NCBI GenBank assembly: GCA_943788985.1
Contig: CALSSJ010000018.1
Coordinates: 64,001-128,000, forward strand
Direction of reading: 5' to 3'
Source: an uncultured Lentisphaerales bacterium
Lineage (GTDB): Bacteria; Verrucomicrobiota; Lentisphaeria; JABSQK01; UBA12247
Length of the DNA: 64,000 bases
In this document: piece after piece, positions 12,430-23,494 of the stretch
How positions within the stretch are numbered: the stretch's first letter is position 1
Layout of the letters: each line of letters begins with the position of its first letter
Program-made: the position numbers and the translations under genes
The notes under the pieces: generated by a model
Database searches by the model: none
Told to the model about the DNA's origin: nothing
What the model saw: the letters and a program-made list of their open reading frames with translations, nothing else

Positions 12430-13208
12430 TCGAAGCGATCATTAACAAGGCATCCACACGGCTAAGCCTCACGCTGTCCCTACTGCGTAGCGGATTCGCT
12501 CTGGGTAATATGGAGCGGCTACCAGCATTGCTCAAAGCCACGCAAGCCCCCGGCGGATTGCTGGTCTATGTGGGCGACGATTTTGTGAAGGAGGCAGCCG
12601 AGGCCGTTGGCGGCGGCAGCTTTCTGGCCCACGGCCTGTATCGAGATCAGGCAAAACTGGCGGCGGCCCGTTCCTACATTGCTGCAAACGGGCTGGCTGG
12701 AAAAATCACGGTCTCAGGCAAGGATGAAGGAACGCTGTTCTTTGCGGGTAACGTCGTAAACCTGCTAATCAGCGGGGAGAAGTTACCGGTCGCAAAGGCA
12801 GAGGTCATGCGGACCATGACTCCCCGTGGCGAAGTGCTTGCTGTCGACAATGGCAAACGGCAGGCGGAGACTAAGCCGGTGCCGAGCACGATCGATGACT
12901 GGACGCATAACCTCTACGATGCAGGGAACACCGGTGTGTCGTCGGATCTCGAGGCTCGCTTGCCGTGCCACATGCAGTGGAGTTGTGATCCGCCCTTCAG
13001 CCGAAGCCACGATGGCAACAGCAGTATCCTGACCATGGTGTCGGCCGCTGTTCGCCCAATCCTTATGATCGACGAGGGCTCGACCGCCGTTCTCTCGCTG
13101 CCGTCGAAGTGGCACGTAATCGTGCGGGATGCGTTCAATGGCAAGCTGCTGTGGCGCCAGCCGCTCCCGCAAACGCTGCTCATGCAACTGATAGAGGTAC
13201 ACAAATGA
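12430..13208 (+). pseudogene. Truncated methyltransferase-like + PQQ beta-propeller protein
   Basis: GGLLVYVG, NVVNLLI, KPVPSTIDDWTH, SRSHD, RDAFNGKLLW; stops after the first blades; start approximate. Confidence 0.65.
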
Positions 13209-13675
13209 CACCCGGACAGCTGCTCGCCGTAGTAACGGCAGTGCTTTCACTCACAGCCATGGCGGACATCAAGCCAGCAGGACTGTTCACGAACAACATG
13301 GTCATTCAGCGCGAGTTGAAAGCCCCTATCTGGGGCTGGGGGGACGCAACCTTCGACTACACGGGCTCGGGGCTGATGGCCAAAGGTGGCAAGCTCCAGA
13401 CATTTGCCATCGCCGGACCCGACAAGACGTTCGTCTGGGCCGACGCTGCCATTGAGCGCCGCGACGGGGCCGACTGCGTGGTGGTCCAGGCTGCCGGTGT
13501 TAAAGAACCAATCGCAGTACGTTACGCCTGGGCCGACAACCCCGCGGCATGCAATCTCGACAATACCAAGGGATTCCCAGCATCCCCCCTTCCGGACAGA
13601 CACCTAGGACCTGACGAAGTAACATCGCGCCCCATGGCCGGGATCAACGCAGGCAATCTTAAATCGAGAGCGTAA
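13205..13675 (+). pseudogene. Sialate O-acetylesterase with the catalytic core deleted
   Basis: Signal peptide + LFTNNMVIQR..PIWGWG joined directly to C-terminal FAIAG.D..FVWADA, PIAVRYAWADNP, GFPASP; FRTD lies in another frame. Confidence 0.8.
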
Positions 13676-13681
13676 AGCATC

Positions 13682-16600
13682 ATGACTGAAATGTGGACAG
13701 ACCTGAAGGCAACAATCCAGAGCTTGACAGTGCCGTATACAGGCGTCTTGAACACCACCACCGAGTGCCGAACTATCCCCGACTGCCCGCTCACCGGAAG
13801 CGGAGCTTGCACGGTCGCCATGGAGGCCGAAGACGGCTGCTTGACCTACTTCATCACGCGGACCGATTTTTGGGTTAACGACGTCCAAGAAGGCGGAGAA
13901 AATGGCCGTGGTTTTCCGCACTATAAGATCAATCCCGCGCCGATTGGGCGGTTGCGGATTCGTTGCGACGGAGAGGCCACGAGCGCGATCCATACCCAAG
14001 ATATGAGTACGGCCTCGATTCGTAGTGTCTTTCCAGTCGCTGGCGGCACCCTGACGTCCACGCTGGTCCCGCTGGCGCAGGAGGACAGGATAATTGTCGC
14101 CTTGCGAGCAACGGCCGACACCGATGTCTGCATCGAACTCGAAGCAAGCCAGCACAATCGGCTGTGTGTCACCATGGAAGGCGTGCAGGATGGCAGTCTG
14201 TGGTGCGCCAAAGAGCTTACCTCCGTGTTAATTAGCAATGCCTGTATTGCAGCCGCCGTGCTGGGTGCGGATGCGGTGGATATCGCAGCGGATGCGGCCC
14301 TGAAACCTTATCTGCGCGTCACCGTCCGGGCAGGAGAGGAAGCCCACCTTGTGCTCGCAGTGAAGAGTAACAAGGACGACTATCAGCATCGCGATCAAGC
14401 GCTGGCGGCGGTTGCGGAGTTCGCAGCTGCGGACATCGCACCAGCGCTCGCAGCGCACCGGCAGTGGTGGCAGGACTTCTGGCTGCGCTCGACGGTCAAT
14501 CTTGACGACCACGAGCTCATGCGTTTTTACTACGGTGCCACCTATGCCCTGGGCTGTTGCTGTGAAATATCCGGACGCACCCCGCCCGGACTGGCTGGCG
14601 GTTGGGTGCAGAACGACGCGCCCATTTGGGGCGGCAATTACACCATGAACTACAACGGCGAGGCACCGTTCTGGGGGCTGATTTCCAGCAACCGCCAGCA
14701 ACTCGGCATGCCCTACGTGCGCATGATTAACGACTTCATCCCGCGCGGTCGAATCCTCGCCCGAGAACTCAAGACCAAGGGCATTGTCATGCCGGTCATG
14801 ATCGAGCCATGGGGGCACACCGACCACCCCGATGCACTGTATCAGAAGAGCAATGCCTCGCTCGCGGCAGTTTACCTCGTAAACTACTACGACCACACCC
14901 ATGACCACGCCTTCATGCGCGAGTACCTCTATCCCTACCTGCTGGAGCTGACCGCGTTCTGGGAGGACAACCTGGTTTTGCTGGATGGCCGTTACACGAT
15001 CCAGGATTCGACAGCCCGCGAACGCCTCCCCGGTGATCTCAACCCCGGGCCGGAGCTTGGCTACGTGCGCATGGTCTTTGCAGCCGCGCTCACCGGCAGT
15101 GAGGTACTGGGGATCGACCTCGGCAAGCGCGCCCAGTGGCAGGACTATCTTGCCCGACTCAGCGACTACCCGACAACCTGCGAGAACGGCAGCCCCATGT
15201 TCAAAGAGACCGAGAACCGGCGCGAGGTGGCCATGCACGGCCTGCATGATAATCCCGTCTGCCTCGATCATGTCTACCCAGGGGAGGCCGCCTGCACTCC
15301 GGCCTACCAGCTCCTCACCCGCAATACCCTCGACTATCTCGACTCTTGGAAGCAGGAAAATGCCTTCCCCAGGATATTTTCCCAAGCCGTTCGCGGCAAG
15401 TACGAACCGGAGGCGATTCTAGGGCATCTCAAGGCCCGGTTTACGCTCGGCCCAGCGCCCTTCGAAACGCTCCGCAACAACTGCACGATTTCACCCAAGG
15501 TCCACGGTATCGAGGCAGTCGGGGCGATCGAAGCAGTCAACGCCATGCTGGTGCGCGACAATGGCGACGGCATCGAGATCTTCAACAACTGGCCCCGACA
15601 ACGCAATGCAGCCTTTACCCAACTCCGGACCAAAGGCGCGTTCCTGGTCTCGGCTAGACTCGAAGCCGCGGTCGTTGTGGACGTCGCCATCATCTCCGAA
15701 CAGGGGCAAGAATGCGCTATCTACAACCCTTGGCCGGACAGCGAGGTCACGGTGACCGGCGCCGATGGCTCGACACAGCGACTCCGCGGCGTAACGCTGC
15801 GCTGGACTACCCTCGCAGGTGGACGCTACCAGCTACAACCGAGCACCGCCCTCTACCACCTGGATGGCGACCAACTCACAGCCATGGCAGACGGTGCCTT
15901 AGATCTGCGCAGTCGCACTCCCGGCAGCGGGACCAAGGTGTTGCACGGAGACCAAGTAGTCGCCGAAAGCCGGGAGCAAATCGTCTCGTTCCCTGTTCAA
16001 GCCGGGCGGGTCTACACGATTCGGGAATCGCCATTACCCTTGCTGGCCACTGTGCAGATCGACGAGGCCTGTCGCTCGGTTCCGGCTGACTGCCAGAACA
16101 CTCTGGACATCCTCTTCGATACGCTCGACGACGCCTGCAGACTGAGGCACCATTTACACCTGAGTGACGGCTCCGTGGCCGAGCAACCCGACTCCGTCTG
16201 CTACACGCTCAACTCAACCGACGTGGTCGAGATCACGCCAGACCACGTCGTCAGGCCGCTCGCGGCGGGCAAGTGTGAGATCCGCTATACCATCTCCAGT
16301 CACGGCGTCGAGTTGCGGGGCACGCTCCTGGCCCAGGTAATGTCACGCAAGGTTGTGCGCAACGTCACGGCTACGACCGAGGGCGAGACGCAGTCCTGGG
16401 GTCGCCCGATGCACACGCCCGAGTGCGCCGTAGAGGGCGACGGCATGAGCGGAGCAGACGTCACCGACACCCAGCGCCCAAATCCCTACGGAACCGGTCT
16501 TTTCGGCACCCAGCTTTCGCCTGGCGCGGAGACCTTGCTGACCTTTGACCTGAAACGAGAGCTCGAGTTGGACCAAATGTGGGTCTGGAACTACCACTGT

Positions 16601-16918
16601 CCGGATGACAACTACCGGCGCCTCTGGTGGCATGGTGGCTCCGCGGTCGGCATCCGCGACGTCCGGGTCTACACCTCACTGGACGGCAAGACCTGGACCG
16701 AACTCGATAACGCTGGCAAGCCCTTCCGCTTTGCCCGTGCCAGCGGAGAAGACCGCTGCATGGCTGCGACCAATCTCGTTGGCGACAACCTCCCGGTCTG
16801 CTTCCACAGCGTCAAAGCCCGCTACGTCAAGCTAGTCCCCGACCTCCGCCCGTGCGTCGGCAACTGGGGTGCCAAGACCTTCGGCGTAAGTCAAGTCCGC
16901 TTCACAGAGAAGCAATAA
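13682..16918 (+). CDS. GH95-like glycoside hydrolase with C-terminal Ig-like and discoidin/F5-8-like domains
   Basis: HRQWWQDFW, WGGNYTMNYN, AVNAMLV, LRTKGAFLVSA; C-terminal LTFDL..MWVWNY..SLDGKTW..ARYVKL..GVSQVRF; no signal peptide. Confidence 0.7.
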   Translation: MTEMWTDLKATIQSLTVPYTGVLNTTTECRTIPDCPLTGSGACTVAMEAEDGCLTYFITRTDFWVNDVQEGGENGRGFPHYKINPAPIGRLRIRCDGEATSAIHTQDMSTASIRSVFPVAGGTLTSTLVPLAQEDRIIVALRATADTDVCIELEASQHNRLCVTMEGVQDGSLWCAKELTSVLISNACIAAAVLGADAVDIAADAALKPYLRVTVRAGEEAHLVLAVKSNKDDYQHRDQALAAVAEFAAADIAPALAAHRQWWQDFWLRSTVNLDDHELMRFYYGATYALGCCCEISGRTPPGLAGGWVQNDAPIWGGNYTMNYNGEAPFWGLISSNRQQLGMPYVRMINDFIPRGRILARELKTKGIVMPVMIEPWGHTDHPDALYQKSNASLAAVYLVNYYDHTHDHAFMREYLYPYLLELTAFWEDNLVLLDGRYTIQDSTARERLPGDLNPGPELGYVRMVFAAALTGSEVLGIDLGKRAQWQDYLARLSDYPTTCENGSPMFKETENRREVAMHGLHDNPVCLDHVYPGEAACTPAYQLLTRNTLDYLDSWKQENAFPRIFSQAVRGKYEPEAILGHLKARFTLGPAPFETLRNNCTISPKVHGIEAVGAIEAVNAMLVRDNGDGIEIFNNWPRQRNAAFTQLRTKGAFLVSARLEAAVVVDVAIISEQGQECAIYNPWPDSEVTVTGADGSTQRLRGVTLRWTTLAGGRYQLQPSTALYHLDGDQLTAMADGALDLRSRTPGSGTKVLHGDQVVAESREQIVSFPVQAGRVYTIRESPLPLLATVQIDEACRSVPADCQNTLDILFDTLDDACRLRHHLHLSDGSVAEQPDSVCYTLNSTDVVEITPDHVVRPLAAGKCEIRYTISSHGVELRGTLLAQVMSRKVVRNVTATTEGETQSWGRPMHTPECAVEGDGMSGADVTDTQRPNPYGTGLFGTQLSPGAETLLTFDLKRELELDQMWVWNYHCPDDNYRRLWWHGGSAVGIRDVRVYTSLDGKTWTELDNAGKPFRFARASGEDRCMAATNLVGDNLPVCFHSVKARYVKLVPDLRPCVGNWGAKTFGVSQVRFTEKQ

Positions 16919-17227
16919 CAGCCATGAACCGATCCAACCTGTCGGAAGCACTACCTGTCAGGGCTCCCAGTTGATGGCGGCAATGGTGGAGTAATCTAGT
17001 GTGGTAGATCGCTAGGGTGACACACCACACTAGGATTCTGTCGGATATGCGTTTAGCGTGTTGGACAACTCAGTCGACGGTTCGTCCGATCGTGCTGAAG
17101 GATATTTCGATTTTGGGGAGCGGATCGTTAGATTTCATAGTCCTCCACCTATTCTGTAAAACGAAAACCAACTATTGATTGGTTTGGTTTATCCCAGAAA
17201 AAAAGAACGTAAACAACGGTAGACAAA

Positions 17228-18241
17228 ATGAGACAAAGAGCATTTTTCGTAGGATTAGCATTTCTGGCCATGATCGGCCTAGCGGATGCGAGCTTGCCCA
17301 AGAACGTGGTCGTGTATGAAGGAGAAAGCGGCCCGGGCAAAAGCAAGCACGTGGTCTTTATCGCATCCGACCACGAGTATCGAGCTGAAGAAACCTGCCC
17401 GGCCATTGCCCGTATCCTGGCAAAACACCATGGCTTTAAATGCTCGGTCATCTTCGGCGTCAACGACCAAGGCTTCATTGATCCTGGCAGCTCGAACATC
17501 GCCGGTACCAAGCTGTTGGATGAGGCAGACCTGCTATTTATTTTTACGCGTTTTCTAGACCCCAGCGACGAACAGATGAAGCCGATCGATGATTATCTGA
17601 ATCGGGCAGGGCCGGTTATCGGCCTGCGTACGTCCACCCATGCGTTCAGAAATCCTAAATCTACCTATAAGAAGTATAGCTTCAGGTACCCGGGCGATGA
17701 GTACAAGTTCGGCTTTGGCCGCCAAGTGCTGGGCGAGAGCTGGGCCGGGCACTATGGCCCGAATCACAAGTCCAGTACCCGGCTGGATATTGTGCCCAAG
17801 AACCAGGGCCACGTGGTCCTGAGCGGCTGCAAGGACATGCATGGGATGGCCGGCGCATACAAGGCCGATCCTGAACCTAATTCGGTAGTTCTTGCGATGT
17901 CGCAGCCCCTCAGCGGCATGGAGCCGGACTCGGCCACGGACGAGTCCAAGAAGCCAGTTCCGGGTCTTTGGGTGCGCACCTATCAGGGCGCTAAAGGCAA
18001 GGAAGGACGCGTCTTGGCTACCACCCAGGGAGCCTCCGAGTGCATCCTCAACGACGGTCTCAGGCGCTGCCTGATCAACGGCGTGTTCTGGACCATGGGG
18101 CTGGAAGAGCACATTACGGATGATCTGGCGATCGATTTCGTGGGCCCCTACAAACCCAAAACCTTCAATTTCAAGGGCCAGAGTAAGGACGTTCTGCCAT
18201 CCACCCTGTCTGGGTACGAAAGCGCTATCCTGCCGAAGTAG
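17228..18241 (+). CDS. Secreted ThuA-like (class I glutamine amidotransferase-like) protein
   Basis: Signal peptide; GPGKSKHVVFIASDHEYRAEE, IGLRTSTHAF, GRVLATTQG. Confidence 0.7.
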   Translation: MRQRAFFVGLAFLAMIGLADASLPKNVVVYEGESGPGKSKHVVFIASDHEYRAEETCPAIARILAKHHGFKCSVIFGVNDQGFIDPGSSNIAGTKLLDEADLLFIFTRFLDPSDEQMKPIDDYLNRAGPVIGLRTSTHAFRNPKSTYKKYSFRYPGDEYKFGFGRQVLGESWAGHYGPNHKSSTRLDIVPKNQGHVVLSGCKDMHGMAGAYKADPEPNSVVLAMSQPLSGMEPDSATDESKKPVPGLWVRTYQGAKGKEGRVLATTQGASECILNDGLRRCLINGVFWTMGLEEHITDDLAIDFVGPYKPKTFNFKGQSKDVLPSTLSGYESAILPK

Positions 18242-18321
18242 AGCGGCACTATTTTCCGCCAGTGGCGGCCCAGTGTTCCGCCTTCAACACTACGTCTTAA
18301 CTCATCGATGAATCCCCTCGT

Positions 18322-21274
18322 ATGCTGAAAACCATGTTCATTCTAACGATCCTGTTGTTGGGAACCTTCCGCGCTGCCGCGGTCGACGTACCCGCCGACA
18401 CGACGGATCCTCTCCCGTTTACCTTTCACCGCGACGACGTGGTCGCCATGATCGGCAACGCATTGCCCGACCGTATGCAGCACGAGGGCTGGTTAGAAAC
18501 CGCCCTGCAGAGCCAACTCGGCGGGCTAAATGTGCGTTTTCGCAACATGGGGTTCTCGGGCGATCTCGTGGACCGCGCGCCCCGGCAAAAAGGGTGCATG
18601 TCGCGGGACGACTATCTCAGCCATGTCAAAGCCGATGTCATCTTTGCCTTCTTTGGCTACAACGAATCGTTTGACGGGCCAGCGAAAGCGGATGCCTACC
18701 GCAAAGGCTTGGTGAAGTTGGTGCAGCATCTCCGAGCTAGACAGCCCAATGGGACATCCTTCCCGCGTTTCGTGCTATTCAGCCCGATCGCGTTTGAAGA
18801 GACCGGCGACCCCAACCTGCCGGACGGCAGCGAACACAATCCCCGCTTGGCAGCCTACGCCGAAGCCACGCGCCTGGCCGCAGCCGATGCCGGGGTGGCG
18901 TATGTGGACCTCTACACGCCTAGCCTGGACCTATTTGAAAAAAGCGATGCACGCCTGACGGTCAACGGCGCTCACCTAAACGAAGAAGGCCATCGTCTTC
19001 TGGCGGCCACCGTCGCCACCGCGCTCTTCGAGCGGCCGGTCATGCTTGGTGCTCAGCAGGAAGCTTTGCGGACAGCAGTGAAGGACAAGAACTGGCACTG
19101 GCATAACCGCTATCGCGCCACCGATGGCAACGACATCTGGGGTAGCCGCGCCCGTCTCACCTTCATGAACAAGCAGAACAACGGCGCCGTACTCAAACAC
19201 GAGATGGTCATGCTGGATAGCCTGGCGGCAAATCGCGATCGCAAGATCTGGGCGGTTTCTCAGGGCCAGGACCATGTCCTTGATGACAGCAATGTCCCCG
19301 CACCAATCGCGGTCGCCTCGAACATCGGGGGAGGGAGTGGAAGTTCCAGCGCTATAAAGGAAGGCAGCCCGGATTATCTAGCGGCGGCGGAGAGCGCCAA
19401 GCAACTGACCGTGCCGGAAGGCTATGCCGTGAATGTGTTTGCCTCGGAGGAGATGTTTCCCAGCTTGGCCAATCCAGTGCAAATGCAAGTCGATGGCAAG
19501 GGCCGGATTTGGGCCGCATCCTGGAACTCTTACCCGAAATGGGAACCGCTCACCGAGCTGAAAGACAGTCTGATGATCTTTGAAGACGTGGATAAAGACG
19601 GCGTGGCAGATAAGCACATCGTTTTCGCGAAGGTACACAACCCCGTTGGCTTCGAATTCTGGAATGGTGGGGTGCTGGTGACCGCCGGGCCCGATCTACT
19701 CTTTCTAAAAGATACCGACGGCGACGACCGTGCCGACGTTCGCACTGTCGTGCTGGGCGGCCTCGGCACGGCCGACACCCACCACTCTGCTAATAACCTC
19801 ACCTATGGTCCTGGCGGCGGCATCTACTGGCAAAGCGGCATCTTTCTGGTCCACAATCATGAGCATCCTTGGGGGAAATCCTTGCAGACGGGGGCTAGCG
19901 GCATGTATCGCTTCGACCCGCGTCGAGCGACCATCAAGTACCATTCCGGAGGCAGCGGCCCCAATCCCCACGGCACCAGCTTCGACTACTGGGGCTATTG
20001 CTACGCGAACGACGGCACGGGGGGGCGGCCCTATCAGGTGCGCCCCGATGGCCAGGGTTTCAAAATGCACAGCCTGCTCAACCGCGAAGTCCGCCCAGTG
20101 GCCGCGAATGTCATCATCTCTTCCCCCCACTTTCCCGATGATATCCAGGGCGATTTTGCAATGTGTAACACAATCGGCTTTCTGGGGCTCAAGACCTATA
20201 AGTTGCACAAGGACGGTTCTGACAAACCGCCCAAGCGCACAGGCGAGGCCTGGGGCACCCGCCGGGAACCGCTGCTCGAGAGCAAGGACCGCAACTTTCG
20301 GCCTACCGACGCGGTCTTTGGCGAAGACGGCGCGCTCTACGTCTCGGATTGGCAGAACGTGATTATCGGGCATATGCAGCACAACGTCCGTGATCCCAGC
20401 CGGGATAAGAGCCACGGCCGTATTGTGCGCGTGACCTACCCCAGCCGCCCGCTGCAGAAACCAGTGGCGATCGACGGCCAGCCGATCCTGGCCCTACTTG
20501 AAAACCTAAAGCATCCTGCAGATGGCGTACGCCATCGTACCCGGGTTGAATTGAGCGAGCGCGATAGCAGCAAAGTGCTGGAAGCGGCCCGGCTTTGGGC
20601 CAAAGACTTTGACCCGGCCAAGGAAGATGAGGCCCATCACTTGCTCGAAGCGCTGTGGCTCCATCAGCAGCATAATGTTCGCAATGAGCGATTACTGGAG
20701 AAGCTGCTCGCCTCGCCGATTGAACACGCCCGCATCGCAGCTGGTACCGTAAAGCATTTCTGGCGCACGGTCGATACCGCCACAGGCGGCACAGTTTTTA
20801 TCGAGAAGAAGAAGTCAAAAAAGGTGGCAGCCCCTAAGCATCTTTCTAAGAAAGATGTCAAATCCTACCAGGCTGGCGCAGAAATTTTTTCGCGCGATGC
20901 CCATTGCAGCACCTGCCATCAGGCTGACGGCCAGGGGCCTGGCCAAAGTGTACCCACCGCTGGCTGGGACCAAGTGGGTGTTAGGCGACGAAGAACGATT
21001 GATCAAGCTCACTCTGCACGGCCTGTTTGGAGACATCGAGGTCAAGGGCGTCCCGTACAGCATCAAAACCGGCACGCCGCCTATGACCGCCTTTGGCGCG
21101 CTGCTGAACAATCAGGAAATCGCCGACGTCCTGACCTACGTGCGCAACAGCTGGGGTAACGAGGCACCCGCCATACGCGCTGAAACAGTGAAGCGCGTGC
21201 GCATCGCCACCGAAGGCCAAAGCATGTTCTGGAAGCCTCAAGCTCTACTCAAAGCTCACCCATTTGCCAACTAG
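18322..21274 (+). CDS. PVC-type heme-binding protein: SGNH + sugar dehydrogenase-like propeller + HEAT + cytochrome c; one frameshift
   Basis: [57 protein letters not shown], then [18 protein letters not shown] in ORF 20855..21274; removing one G at 20934-20937 restores the frame. Confidence 0.8.
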
Positions 21275-21284
21275 TCGAGTCTCG

Positions 21285-22532
21285 ATGAAAACTACTATTT
21301 TCCTTTCTTTTGCCCTCGGGGCATTCTGCGCCGCCGCGGCCGAACCCTTGTCCATCTGGATCAGTTCCTACCAAGACAAGCAGTACTATGAGAACATGGT
21401 TCGGGAGTACAAAAAAGTCGACACCAGTTTCGATGCCGAAGTCCATGCCTTCGGCTTTATGGAAATGGGGGACAAGCTTACCGCGGCGATCAAAACAGGG
21501 AAGGGCGCCCCCGATATTGTCCAGCTTGACGAGATCCCATTCAGCATGTTCCTGCGTGGTGAGGTGCCCTTTGTCGACCTGGCCGAGCGGCTGCAGCGCG
21601 ACAAGCTCGCTGACAAATTCCACCCCCAGCGCCTGGCGCTCTTTTCGCAGCAGGAAAAAGTCTACGGCCTGCCCCAGTCGCTCAGTGCCTACGTGTTTTA
21701 CTATCGCAAAGACCAGTTCGAGGAGCTTGAGATCAGCCCGGTAAGCCTTGCGACCTGGGAGAAACTGGCGGAAGTCGGAGAATCGTTGCAGCAATCCGGC
21801 CAGGCCCTCATGGCCTTGGACTCCTCGTTCTTCGAGATCTTGTTGCGCCAGCGTGGTGGGCGCATGTTCGACGAGCAGGGCAAAGCCTTCCCTGATATGG
21901 ACTTGGCCGTTGAAGTGCTCACCTTTCTAAAGATGCTCAACGGCCACGGAATCGCCATCGCCCCGGGCCAAGGCTCGATCTATATGCCGCTGTTTTTTAG
22001 CTCAGATGTTATGGACGGCGAGGTGCTTTGCCTGATGGGCGCCGATTGGTATGGGCTGGACATGCTCCAGGTGAACGCGCCAGATATGGCCGGGAAATGG
22101 GGTATCATGCCGCTGCCGACCTGGGCCGACGACCCCGACCATAAAACCACGTTTCCCACTGCTACTTTTGCTGGCCAGGGCCTGATGATTTATAGCGGCA
22201 GCAAAGCCATCGATCCGTCATGGAATTTCATCAAATGGGTCATGACCGATCTCGAGGCCAACGTCGCGCGCTATGCTCAGGGCAACAGCTTTCCGGCCTA
22301 CAAGCCCGCCTGGACCGACCCACGCATCCTGGCCAGTTCGGACTATTTCAGCGGAGACTCCATGGGGAAAACGCTGCTTGATGTCTCCAAAAGACTCCCA
22401 GCGATTGCGATGAATGCTAAGCGAGGCCAAGCGGTGTTCATGCTCCGTGAACAGGTGTTCTCCTCGGTCATCTACGGCGGCACCTCGCCACAAGAGGCCT
22501 TGGCCGAGTTGAAGGCAATTCTCGATAAATGA
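21285..22532 (+). CDS. Carbohydrate ABC transporter substrate-binding protein
   Basis: Signal peptide, GKGAPDIV, YGLP, FYYRKD, GKWGIMPLP. Confidence 0.88.
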   Translation: MKTTIFLSFALGAFCAAAAEPLSIWISSYQDKQYYENMVREYKKVDTSFDAEVHAFGFMEMGDKLTAAIKTGKGAPDIVQLDEIPFSMFLRGEVPFVDLAERLQRDKLADKFHPQRLALFSQQEKVYGLPQSLSAYVFYYRKDQFEELEISPVSLATWEKLAEVGESLQQSGQALMALDSSFFEILLRQRGGRMFDEQGKAFPDMDLAVEVLTFLKMLNGHGIAIAPGQGSIYMPLFFSSDVMDGEVLCLMGADWYGLDMLQVNAPDMAGKWGIMPLPTWADDPDHKTTFPTATFAGQGLMIYSGSKAIDPSWNFIKWVMTDLEANVARYAQGNSFPAYKPAWTDPRILASSDYFSGDSMGKTLLDVSKRLPAIAMNAKRGQAVFMLREQVFSSVIYGGTSPQEALAELKAILDK

Positions 22533-23494
22533 AGGGGTTGGGTGTGTCTGCACGCCTCGCTTCGCCATATCGCTCTTCCCTAGGCTGGCTGCTGCTTCCG
22601 TTCTTCACCAGCTTGATTCTGTTTTGGCTGATTCCTCTGTCCACCGGCCTCAAGCGCAGTCTTCATGAAGATCCCGCCGCCATCGCGGCGCATTCCACCG
22701 GGGCACCTGCGAGCGGCCTGACCTTGAAGAACTACCGCGACCTATGGGCTGACAGTCAATACCGCAAAGCGTTCGCCAATACGCTCGTCTACGGCACCTC
22801 TTCCATTCTGATCATTATTCCGCTGGCCTTTTTCCTGGCTCACTTGCTACAGTTGAGTCACCGGTCCCTTCGTTCGCTGCTGACCTTTGGCCTGGTTCTA
22901 CCGGCCCTAGCTCCGCCCGTGATCCTCGGCATCCTCTTTCTGATGGTCTTTCACGGACGCTTTGGCCTACTCAATACACTCTGTGTCTATCCGCTGCAGC
23001 AGGCTCTTCAGATGCTGCAGGACGGCGGAGCTGGTCCCGTGCCGATCCACTGGCTCAAGGATCCTGCGTTCATCATGCCGGCGATGATTCTGCAAGGCGT
23101 ATGGCGCTGGACAGGCTTTATCGCGCTCTTCTTCTTGTGCGGCTTGGAGGCAATTCCGAAGACCTACTACGAAGCCGCCCGCCTTGAAGGAGCGAGCTGG
23201 CTGCAGACCATCCGTCTGGTCAGCTTCCCCTATCTCAAGCCCGTCATTGTGTTTGCCATCGTCTATCTGCTGATCGATGCGTTCGCCATGTTCAGCGGTG
23301 CCTACGCCCTGCTGGGAGGCTCAGGTGGGACGGACAATGCCGGTCTGCTGCTGGTCTCCTATGCGTATTTCACTGGGTTCAAGTTTCATGAGCCTGCCTA
23401 CGCGTCTGCCATCAGTCTATCCGTGGTCCCGCTCATGCTGGTGGTCATCGGAATTGTGCTGATCATTGCCTCGCGGCGAGAGGCGAAGGCATGA
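22529..23494 (+). CDS. Carbohydrate ABC transporter permease (MalF-like)
   Basis: LKNY, WRWTGF, EAARLEGA loop; ATGA overlap with the upstream gene. Confidence 0.92.
   Translation: MKGLGVSARLASPYRSSLGWLLLPFFTSLILFWLIPLSTGLKRSLHEDPAAIAAHSTGAPASGLTLKNYRDLWADSQYRKAFANTLVYGTSSILIIIPLAFFLAHLLQLSHRSLRSLLTFGLVLPALAPPVILGILFLMVFHGRFGLLNTLCVYPLQQALQMLQDGGAGPVPIHWLKDPAFIMPAMILQGVWRWTGFIALFFLCGLEAIPKTYYEAARLEGASWLQTIRLVSFPYLKPVIVFAIVYLLIDAFAMFSGAYALLGGSGGTDNAGLLLVSYAYFTGFKFHEPAYASAISLSVVPLMLVVIGIVLIIASRREAKA

Noticed and set aside
11560..12430. Short ORFs upstream of nrdA
   Set aside because: No recognisable family; probably decayed sequence
14228..15385. Long antisense ORFs (also 33421..34485, 42407..43252, 57886..58860)
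   Set aside because: Shadows of real high-GC genes on the opposite strand, with no recognisable motifs
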